Below the pieces are notes generated by a model. It was not told where the DNA came from and made no database searches. It saw only the letters and a program-made list of their open reading frames with translations. From Lingula anatina (taxonomy: Eukaryota > Animalia > Brachiopoda): a stretch of DNA of 64,000 bases. The DNA is taken from NCBI GenBank assembly GCA_051362555.1, contig CM120640.1:42696788-42760787 (forward strand), written 5' to 3'. The position numbers were made by a program, and so were the translations under genes. Shown here piece by piece: positions 49,067 to 60,464 of this stretch. How positions within the stretch are numbered: the first letter of the stretch is position 1; the number at the start of each line of letters is the position of its first letter.

Positions 49067-51219
49067 AACTACTGTCGACTAAGATTACAACATGGCATTT
49101 TAAAAGAAAAAAAATCAGAACCTACCGCAAACAGTTATGATGAAATGGGTTGTAACTAGCGTAAGTCAAGAGTCCTCCCCAGCCAACACCAGTTGAGTAG
49201 AAAATCTGTGCCGCGGCTTCTCCCCACACCTAAACGTTTGAACACATTCAGAAAATATATATCTGAGGTAAAACATTAAAAGCATTTTTCATTAGAGGTC
49301 CAAATGTTTGTGGATTGTGGCACCAATTACGCGGCAAATCTTTGGATCGAAATAAAAAGAGTTCGGTGACTGGTTAACCATAGATAAATTGCCAGTACAT
49401 GTAGATACAACACGTTTGGAAAAAAATTATTCTCTTAGTTGTTAAAAACATCATACTGGATATTACGCAGAGAGGTCATAAATACGTAAGATTGCAATTT
49501 AAGTGCGAGATTGAATTTAGATTTTGATATAGGGCATGCGTTTTGAAACATTACATCCTTCTCATAGAATGGAAGAGATGAATTGAACCCTGGACATCGA
49601 AGGAGTCTATTCTTAATTAGAACAAAGGGATATATTTCTCTCGCGCATTCAAATTAAAATATGACTTCAAGATCCAAGCTTTTAACTATAAGGGGGTGCA
49701 CGGTCAACACAGGGTGATAATAAATTGAACACACTTCATCCGGCACACATACAATCGAAAGACGATAGTGAATGGGTCCAGAAGGAAGGGTTCGGACACA
49801 AGGCCTGTGTGATCCCCCTTCCCCCTCCCCCTCACCTTGAAATTTAATAATTTTTCCCACTCTGGTATGAGATAGAAGATGACACCGCCTAGAGACCCGG
49901 GCAAAGTCAACCCTCGCACCAAAAGAACGGCCAAAATCACGTATGGCACCGTAGCTGTCACGTATACGGCCTAAGCAAAAGAAATACATTAATATTTATT
50001 TCGGCACAAGAACACAGATTATGATTAGGACTTAAGCATATATTTTATACATGTAACTACAGCACTAAAACTACAACAACAATGTAAAAATCGATTTACA
50101 CAAAGTCAAGTGTGACTATATGTAACGGCCGATTTGGAATACTCTTTCATTCATTGCCTGATGCATATTTGTAACATAACATACTTGGCGTTAATTAATA
50201 GTAGGCATTGTTCAAGTCCCTTAGGCTGGGAAGAAAATACAGGACGCAGCACTTGCGTAATCGAGAATAATACATACATGTAGGCCTACTGTAGGGACTA
50301 TGACGACAAATGTGAACTGGTGGCATTTTCGACAATTTGTGATAATTCAATCTGCTGGAGGGTTCATCCATCTTCATCTCATGGTAATCAGTTTTATTTA
50401 CAAACCAATAACACTTACCTTCCCCGATGTTTTAATCCCCTTTACCATGCAGATAAACGTAAGTAACCATGCTCCAATCGAGCACAGAAACAGCTCCCAG
50501 CGAAGCACTCCAATTTCTTCAATTCCACTTGTAATTTGTAAAACATTGTTCCTACATGAAAAGCAATAAGTGTCTCAATGTCAGTCCTCTGTGCAAAATT
50601 AAGTGAGAGACACAAGTAGTTTGCTCAGTAGATTTCACATTTCTAACAAGACGTATTGATTAAAGGAGAAAAGGTTGTCAAATGATTATATACCTCGTTT
50701 ATCAGTTTATCTATATTTATTATTGAAGCAAGAGACAAGGCCCCGCAAACTTGGGAAAAACATACCCGGTATACGCACATCATCTTAAATGAATACAACT
50801 AAAAAAGTGCCATATTTTCTTACTGCCAAAACTGTTCACTTGACGTCTCGTATCGAACGGTAGTATTCACTTGCCAAAGAGTTACGTTGACTGTATCATT
50901 TAGAAGGGCCTCGCCGGAACTGGAGTAATTGAAGGCCATTTCAAAACCTTTTGTCGTGTTGGAAAAATTTCCCGTTTTTTCCCCGTTGCTGGCCACACAA
51001 AACTCGTCATTCCAACTATTCTGACAGCTTGCCCATGGAACTTCGGCGCGAAAGGAAGAAATAAAATAGAAAATGGCCCAAGCTACGATGACATTGTAGT
51101 AACAACCGACGATTCCCGAGATAATTACCATTCCATAACCTATGCCTAAAATAAAAAAAAACAAAAGTAACACTCACTGAGTTTTATTTATATTTTCTAA
51201 ATTAACTAATTTTATATTT

Positions 51220-51259
<40 letters not shown>

Positions 51260-53282
51260 TTTGGGGGGAGTATCTCGTTCTCGACATTATTCATATAAGA
51301 GTTTTACTTTCAGTACCACTTGAAATAAAAAGAAAGAGGGGAAGAATGTTGTGGCATAATACATTATAAGACCTGCGACAGAAATGGGCTCAGTTTACAA
51401 AGTGTTAATAAGAAAAGACCTATTTGGCTGTTCCGCAGGTAAAAACAAAAAACCCTCTTACCTTTGAAAAGAGGACTTAGTCTCCAAACGGTAATTGGAC
51501 TCAGTCCAGAAAACTGGGCATAGGAAAATTCCATTAGTAATAAAGGGATAACACATATGGTCATAAAGAACACGTATGGAATCAGAAAGACACCTGCAAC
51601 GAAAAAATAATTCACATTTAATGCTATTCACTTTCCATAACATGCATTAACTTTACATAACATGCCTCAACTTAAACATAAGGTATAATTTACTCTTTCA
51701 GCAGCTTTTATTTAGAATCCATATTGCAAACATAAATTGTCATGTGATCAACTGATGATCTTTCTTGACGAATGTTTTTGAAATTATTTTTTTCTGGCAG
51801 ACACGCTCCTTTGAATCGATCTTTTAAGAATCGAACTGCGGTACATCTTGCCATGAAAACAATCAAATACATTAAACATGCAGAAGGGAAATAAGAACTT
51901 GGAGAAACCTTTCAATACCGGAGTATTTTTCAGTTTTCATGCGATCAAAGCGTGACACTCTAACGTATGCCAAGCAGACGAACCGATTGTATATTTCTAA
52001 ATAAATAGGTCATCAGGTGGGGTCAAGCATAGTACAACGTTTTGGATGAAAAGTTATCAATGCCCGATCGCAAGCCTTCAAGTTTCTTTATAATAATCAA
52101 GATTTATCAAACGTAATGTATGAAGACAGATGTAAAAGACAATCGTTATAGTGGTTACGAATGCATTATTCTTTCGTTCTTCCAAAACTTGGTACGGTTT
52201 AAAAAATTGACAAAATGCAAATTCCGTTCAGCAGTGTCCATGCATAACCGAGGCTCTAATTAGTCATATTATTCGATTTTGTCTTAAATTTTGGTAGGTT
52301 GCTTTTAAGAATGTAATAATGGAACCGTTTTCTTAAAAAAAAAAGGGTCAGTTGAATGCTTCTGAATTTGACCTTTCCTCAGCAGACGGCACAACGACAA
52401 CCTCAGCCGATCGACATGATACAGGTATTGTTATATATGTTTGCTAACAGATAGCTACATGCAAGTGTCAGATTCCATAACAATGTGGGAGTATTGGGCA
52501 TAAGGCATAACAAATATAAACACATGTATTTTTGTGAAACTGCCCACTTTAGGTTGGGTCTTACTAAAGAAATTCCACAGACAAGAAAATTTCAATTCTT
52601 CAAAAGAAACATATGACAGTCTTTTTGTCGAATGCTTAGTGGAAGATATCATTTTACCTATGTCAACAGACTAAAAGAAAAACAAGAAAAATGGTCGCCA
52701 CATAGTATAAAACACAATATGGGGCCATGCCAGCCACAAAAAAAGTCACAGCAGTGACGAACATAATTTGTGCAATATTTCCATTATTCTGACTTGCCCC
52801 ACAATTCCATAATTTTCTTTGCCTTATACAGTGTACTATAGAACCCTCCCGTATGGAAGGAAATCAACGGTAATCAAAGAGAGATACAGAAGAGTTAAGC
52901 AAATATTACACTTAATGTGTACGTCACTGATGAGACTCAAATGTCATTTTTTTGTGGAATAACCCCATTTCAGGTCATTGCTCCCTCTTCCGCTGCAAAG
53001 AGGAGCTTACGATTTCAAGAGCTTTTAACGTGCACCGACTAATTTTTCTTCCTTTTTGAACGTTTTGAGAGAGATATACAATGCCATACCTCCTCCGTTT
53101 CTATAACAAAGATATGGAAACCTCCACACATTTCCGAATCCTACTGCCAACCCAATACAAGAGAGCAAAAACTCCGCCTTGTTATTCCAGTTTCCACGTG
53201 CAACATCATTCTTTGGTTTCTCTGATTTCTTTTCTAAAGGAACTGCAACTTCGTTAGCAAAGTCACTACCCTTGTCTTCCAT
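45703..53282 (-). CDS. SLC6 (neurotransmitter:sodium symporter) amino-acid transporter, glycine-transporter-like, about 621 aa, 13 coding exons
   Basis: Exons: 53090-53282 ([37 protein letters not shown]), 51462-51593, 50824-51145, 50419-50551, 49836-49970, 49126-49229 ([11 protein letters not shown]), 48672-48796, 48179-48291 ([12 protein letters not shown]), 47710-47841, 46859-46958, 46526-46626, 45973-46140, 45703-45810 (..ETKF*). The 1866 nt are in frame. TM1 has Gly rather than Asp, indicating an amino-acid and not a monoamine substrate. Confidence 0.96.
48999..49064. repeat. (TA)n microsatellite
   Basis: Directly visible. Confidence 0.97.
51216..51262. repeat. (TTTA)n microsatellite
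   Basis: Directly visible. Confidence 0.9.
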
Positions 53283-53815
53283 CCTCAAATCTACGCAAAA
53301 TAACGATAATTTTCAGCAACAAGATTCAATTTCAGGTCGTTGAAAGGTTTCGCTGCGGTTGGGTGGTTGCTTTTAGGATGCTGGTATCTTTTAAACAGAA
53401 CACATTATTTCGTAAAGTTTTGTATTTTTTTCCAATTTATTATTGCCATCGGCTTCTCCCCTTCTTGAACTTTGTTGTGGGTTTCTCATATTACGTTAAC
53501 TCGTGCCTTACCTGTCTTTTTTAGTAGATAGGTGCAATGTCACTCTGTAGAGATACAAACACGCTAATGGACACTCATATGTACAGGTATCTTTTTAAGT
53601 GCACATTCTTATTCTTATGGTGTACCGGTATGAAAATGGTGACATTTGTTGATTTTTTTTCAATTAATAGCAGTGTTGTTACCCCTATGGATACCAATGC
53701 GATGTTGTTGGTGGTGGTTGTATTTCACTTTGTGCATAACTTAAAAAATATATAAATAAGCCTACTGCACTAAAGAGTAGTGGGGACAAGATGTCGCTTA
53801 GATCAACGAACAATA

Positions 53816-53818
<3 letters not shown>

Positions 53819-53875
<57 letters not shown>
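53819..53875. repeat. (TA)n microsatellite
   Basis: Directly visible. Confidence 0.97.
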
Positions 53876-53877
<2 letters not shown>

Positions 53878-54041
53878 CCCGTTGCCAGGGGGGTTTCGGG
53901 AGGTTCGAAAGAACCGCCCGTTTTGTCAGGAAAAGGTCCATTTTGGGTAAAATTTGATCTAGGTACACTTCAGTTTCATTGTAAAAGGTCCACTTTTTCA
54001 GAAAAAGAACCCCCTTTTTGAATTTGCTGGCTACGGGCCTG
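53874..54041. mobile_element. hAT-like MITE inserted in a (TA)n tract
   Basis: TIRs TAGGCCCGTTGCCAG..CTGGCTACGGGCCTG, with TA repeats on both sides. Confidence 0.75.
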
Positions 54042-54102
54042 ATATATATATAACTGGGGGTTGTAAGAACTGTAAAACACAGGTGCAATACGATTGACTT
54101 GT

Positions 54103-54730
54103 GAGGAAGACAGGAACCCTGAGATTATGTCACTGGATGACGCTCTCACTGTGTGTGGTTATACATGTACCCATCTTGGGCTTTGAAACTGGAACCTCAT
54201 CAGGACAGGGTTGAAGCGACCAACTGTGAGCCAACAGATATAGTCAGCAAGAGACAGCTAGTTATTCTCCCCGTGTGTAAAGGAATTTCAGAAAAGGTGT
54301 GCAGGATCTACAAAAAGCACAGTAGGCAAGGCTTTCAGACCCCAGTGAAGTTGAAACAACACCTAGTCGCACCAAAGGACGGAATCCCTCAAGGACATCG
54401 TTGAGGGGCTGTATATCAGATTAATTGACACAAACGTTATTCTTTTTTTACATAGGTGAGACAGGCTGACAGTTAAAGTTCAGGATTAATGAACACAAGA
54501 AGTCAATGACTGGCATTTCTGAACACGTAATACACACCGGCCACAGTATTAACTGGAGTTCTACCAAGATCTTTGAATCCGAGTGATCCGACACCCCGCG
54601 GAAGATACGAGAGGTTATCAACATCAGTTGTTACCAGCCACCCATGAATAAGGACGGGAGGGGGGATCGTCGATGTACCTGATATTTACAATGCAATGAC
54701 AATAAGGTCCTTGCCGCAAGCTGAAGTATG
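54103..54730 (+). mobile_element. Penelope-like retroelement relic (RT C-terminus plus GIY-YIG endonuclease), pseudogenised
   Basis: Translates with stops and frameshifts to VILPVCKGISEKVCRIYKKH..LKQHLVAPKD..GAVYQI..YIGETG*QLKFRINEHKK..ISEHVIHTGHSINW..RKIRE..PMNKDG, the typical PLE GIY-YIG signature. Confidence 0.85.
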
Positions 54731-55636
54731 GTGAGGAAAATTCCCCATCTCTTGTCGAATAATTATTTGGAAAAGAAAAACTAGAAAAGAAGCAAAGAAT
54801 CTGGGTTTGTGGAAAGAACTTTTGGTGCCACGCAGCAACAAGTTTGCACCCTTTTAGTGCAACCATGATTCAAGTGTCATATCTGACATGGGCCCTATAT
54901 AGTTTTTGAGCTGTACAAATAGAGTAGAGATAAAGATATCAATCCAGTTTAAGTAAAATAATTTAAATTACAGACAAAAATATACTCGGCTTCCAGGATC
55001 TTCAGCCAGTGCCATATAACATGAATGGCTTGACACTGTTACGAGAACGTACCTATATGAATATTTATAATAGCTTACAAGCAGGCCTATTAAGTTTTCA
55101 ATTGCTCATTACAGTAAACGAGTGGTTAATCTAATAACCCAAGGGCAAAATTTTCAATGACCTTATTGTTTGTGACAACAATACGATACTCCTTTATAAC
55201 GATTCTTTATTGAAACAAGGTATCAATTCATAAAGAGAACTAGACAATGCACATTTCAGAACAAGAGGAATGTGTAGCATTAGAAAATCAGCTAACAAAT
55301 ACCACCTGAAAAGAACTTTGCTGTTTTGTTGAAATAAATTTGCATTCTTTATCTTCACTACAGGCTTGGACATAAACTTTTTATTAGTTAAATTGAGAAA
55401 ACACTGATCAGAATTGGAAAATATACAATCTTTTTACATAATTAGCTTAAGACAATGAAATGAAAGAAATGAAAGAAATTCAGACATTAATACAAGACTA
55501 GCTTAACCGCCCGCCCCCCCATAAAAAAATATAATAAAGAGAATTAACACCTGAATAAACTGTAGATGCTAGCAGCAATGCAAAATTTTTATCCAGAAGA
55601 AAAACTTCTATAAAACTTCTATTCTTGTCAGAATTG

Positions 55637-58600
55637 CTATAGTTCATCATGTATGTCTTCAGACTGTTTAGCAGGTGCAGTACAGGCAGCAGGAGTCTCA
55701 AAGTCAAATGTGTATTCACAACGATTTGGTTCAGCCACATTTCTTAACTCATTTTTCATTCCACAATGTAAGGTGATCTGCAAGATACAAAGAATATAAT
55801 TACACGGATAATAAAAGTAAAAAAAAAATCATTCCAGGTTTTATTCAAACTCAGGGGTGGATTTAGGCCGTCTTCTGGGTCTTCTGGAAGACGGTCAGAT
55901 TTTCAAGTTTACATTGTCAGCCATCTAATGTTTTCTGTCGGAAGACGGTCAAAAATGGAAGATGGATCAACAAAGATAATTTGGAAGACTGTCAGAAAAT
56001 ATCTCTGGATCCGCCCCTGAAACTAGTACTTGACTTTTAATCTAAGGACCAACTTATGTAATTTTTTTTTTGCATGGCTACCAAATGTGTGTAAGTTCAA
56101 CCACCTGCTTAGACTAAAGAAATCGAAACCTACTGTTGCAGATCTGTCAGGACCATTCCAGCAGCCCTGTCCTCTCTCATATTTCATTTTCAAATATATA
56201 TTTTCTTCTGGTCCTGTCCACTTGCCCCATGTTCTAAAAGTGAAGAAAATATTTTGTCACATCAATGAAGAGTTTTGTCTTCATTGTGAACCAAAGAAGA
56301 ACTCTACATCTTTAGTTACAAAGAAAAATAATTACGTATAGTAATTAAATAAATAATAATAATGCACGGAAAATATCAAACTTCTTACCCAAGACTAGTT
56401 TCGGAGCCTCCATTCTTTGGCCTCTGTGATGCTTTATCAAACGGGCAAAGCTTATATACATATTCTCTGTCAGTGTACTCAAAGCACTGGCCTTTCAGTG
56501 GGTAGAAAGCATCATCTGGTCCCAAGTCTAGGGTCAGGAAGTGATTCAAATCACTGAAAAAGAATTGCAGAAAGAACCATGCTAAACATTTTATTTCAGT
56601 TGAATGTCATTTATTGAAAATCATTTGAACTTTTGGAAATATATTTATAAAACTTGGTAACAAACTGATCATGCTAAAGAGTTCTCATTTCGCAACATTT
56701 TCAGAAAATTCTTAGCTGTACAACAGAGCATATATATATATCATCTACTTCCATATAAATAACTTACTTCATCTCATTTTCTAAATCTTTGAATTTCTGT
56801 TCAGCAACTGTGAATTCATGCCTTGCATTATCAGCAGCTAAAAAGAAAGGAAAGTTATTAGTTTGCTTCCCTTTGTTCTGTAAAAGATGCAAATAATAAT
56901 TCGGTCCCTAAAAAAAAAAAAAAAAATGCCAATTCCTCATCAAGTTTTAAAAAATTCAATTATCCTCGATGCTACATTAATGAATCCAATTGCCGTTGCT
57001 GTTCATCAGTTAAATCAAAGTTACACCATCATCAACAAAGTCTCAATGTGAAGTGTACCCCGAGACATTACCTTGTATCAAAACCTTTGTTTCTTCATCA
57101 TAATCTGGCATTTTTTCCTCTTCTTCCTCCTCTTTCTTTTCATCAGTCTGTAAAAATATCATCCATTTTAAAGACCCAAAAGTCAATGAGATTGAATAAT
57201 CTGTTATAGCAAAAACTATTGTTGACCTTGGCTGACTAATGTGCATGTCACATCTGATCTACTGAGTAAAAGGCTGCTCAACTCATCTTAGTCATCTTTT
57301 AACTCTGCCACTAGAGCAAACTGTTATTGTGTTGACAATGATTTTTACTTCCAATGATGACACATCCCCATTTAAGTATCTCAAATACATTCATTGTGGG
57401 GTCATCATCAGAGTCAACCATGTACTTAATCTGATAGCAGTGGTCTTCGCTCATCTCAAAATATACATAGGCCCATGCGCAGTGTGAAACATTGAAGAAA
57501 CACACCATTTCAGATATTAAAATGCTACATGTATATTCCAACCAATCAATAGAAGAAATACTACTGATCATAGCCAAACAAAGTTCTAATTGTGACCACG
57601 TGTCCACATTGCATAAATCCATGAAGTTCTAAGCCTGTGCCATACATTTAAGCACATGCCACAGCCATACAACATTCAAATGTTGATATTATTATCACAA
57701 TCAGCTCTTAAGCGCACTGTGAACATCTTAAGACCAAAAATATTTTGGTCAAAGTATGACAAGTACGTCCATGTCATAAGAACTTCACAAAGCCTTCATA
57801 AACATTAAATGCTATGTGAAACAAAAAAAAAAAAACTTTTTTGAAGCTATGTTTCCAAAACATGTTTCAAATGTCACTGAGAGCATTTTTTATGGATGTT
57901 TGACATGAACATTTTCAGTAATGGATGATTTCAATACTTTCATGTTCTCTGTTGAACTTACTGGTAGCACATTTCTATACACCAGACCCAAAGCTATTTG
58001 GGCTTGTCAATGATTTAAACAGGATTCAAGATTATACCAGTCTTAACAGAGTTTATCTGATATAAAGAAACACCCCTTTTCAATAGTCATTTCTTGAGAC
58101 AGAGACTATGTTAGTTTAACCCACTACGGAAGTTTCGAGAGTGGTGTTAGTGCATGCAGTGACTATTTTTTCAGGATACTGAATAGGACTTGGGAGTGTC
58201 AAAAGCAAGAAAGAAGTACCCCATATTCATGGTCTTCATCATCTTTCTCATAATCCTCATCATCTTTGTCATAATCCTCCTCCTCCTCATCATCATCACC
58301 GAGGTCTTCATCCTCCCCTCCCTGGGATTTAGTTTCCTAGAATTTTGGACGAAGCCAGGGTCAATTGTCACAGCCTGATTACTGTAGAAGCTGCCACCAC
58401 CACCACCAATATTTCAAGGCACTTCATGCCTAAAATCACCCAAACTTTTTTATCCCACAGTTATCATCTCATATTACACTAACACCATTGTCAGCTTATA
58501 CCACTTCCCAGTCTACAGTAACCCTGCATGCAATCCTGAGAGTTCTGTGCACCACACAAAATTTAAGACCTGCAGGGACAGATCAGTGAACACTGCTGAT

Positions 58601-60426
58601 TTAATATGATCATGTTTTGTACCAGATGTATTTGTGTATGACCATTTATTTGTGACTGTTTTTCATGGACAGACAGTTGATAATATTTCAGCTACTGTTT
58701 AACTCTTCAAACTTTGTTGTGAAGTGTCCAGTTTTTATACGGGTCTGAACCAGCTTGTTACATACATGTGGCACACAGTCTTTGTAATACTATGACACTT
58801 ACAACCAACAGACCTCTCATTACCTGCACCAAGTTGGTTCAAATATTTATGTAGTACCCATTCTGTTACCCTCACCAAAAACCATCCATCTACATTAAAA
58901 CCTTCGGTCTCAAAACAATTACTTCAACACATTCACAATACCATCTTATCCTAATATTCTCTGTTGTAAAATAAAACATCTCCGTTCATATTCTGAAATA
59001 CTAAGTGATCCTTACTGGTGATGGAGCGACCTCAGCCTCTTCAGGAAACTCTGCTCCCTCCTCCATCTCCTCACCAGGGGGCGTTGCCTCCCCCTTGGCT
59101 GACTCCTCTTTTTCAGGTTCTGGGAACTTTATGATATCCTTGATATTGGGCCAAACTTTCTCCTGGAATGTTTTGATGTCCACGGAATTGTGGTCTTCCA
59201 AATATTCCTGCAAAGCAGAACAAATGATTAACCATAACAGAACAATGCCTTATAATCTATGCGCTGATTGCTGTACATCTGTCACAGGATGCAAATATGA
59301 GACTGGCTTTTACAAGTAATGGTGTGCTTTTCAAAAGCATATGGCTAGCTGGCATTCATTCAAAGACAAAGCAAACCATAAAAAAAAATAAAATATTCTA
59401 CAATATATGCACACAACTTAACGTTAGATCGTGTCTAAAATAACAGAAAGTAAAAACACCACTATTTTAATAATACACAACATTAGTTTTGCACTCACTT
59501 GGGTGACCAAATGAACAAAAAATCAAGAAAGGGAAGATACATAAAATAAAAAATTATTTTCACTATTTTATTGGTCTGTTTCAGAAGATGAAAACTTTTC
59601 ACACTAAAAGCACGTGTGGCATCAAGGCAATAGAGATGACCTTCCTCAAGAAGAATCTGCTTTATATTTGGGCTCATCACTGGGATCAATATTTCCTATG
59701 ACCCCCTCCCCCACCTTTCCAGATGGTAACGTCTATGGAAGGTAAAACCATTCTAATATACTTTGGTAACAATATGTGTGCTAGTGTTTAAGGTAGATCG
59801 GTCGTTACATGTTCCAACGTTCGGATTTTTTTAAAATTTTTTTTGTTTGAAGAGACACCCAAGTACATTAAAAATTTGCAAAAAAAATTGGGAGTCACCG
59901 ACCAAATAAGAGAACTAGCCCCAAATATGATACACCCTGCATATCGCACTAGTCCCCATTCAAATCAATGGGAAAATGGGTGTTTTCTCACTAAAGCATT
60001 ATTTTTTATGACTTTCTGACGTTCGAATTTTTTTAAAAATTTTTTTGTGTAAAGAGGCCTCCAAGTACATTTAAATTTTACCAAAAAAATTGGGGGTCAC
60101 CGACCAAATAAGAGAACTACGCCAAGTTGAAGTGCATTACACCCTGCATGACGCACTATTCCCCATTCCAATCAATGGGGAAATGGGTGTTTTTCACCAC
60201 ATTATTTTTTATGATTTTTCTAACGTTTGAATTTTTTTTAAAAACTTTTTGTGTAAAGAGGCATCCAAGTAGATTTTAATTTTGCCAAAAAAGTTGGGGG
60301 TCACCGACCAAATAAGAGAACTACGCCAAGTTGAAGTGCGTTACACCCTGCGTGACGCACTTGTCGGAAGTCCCCATTCAAATCAATGGGAAATGGGTGT
60401 TTTTCACTAAATTGTTATTTTTTATG

Positions 60427-60464
<38 letters not shown>

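Noticed and set aside
52927-52950. CTGATGA-GAC..GTC, resembling a hammerhead ribozyme core
   Set aside because: The essential GAAA after stem II is missing (ATTT instead), and there are no convincing stems I or III.
57311-57622. 103-aa intronic ORF and a C/D-box-like ATGATGA..CTGA segment in a PRKCSH intron
   Set aside because: No homology or splice support. The box motifs are antisense to the host gene and lack a terminal stem.
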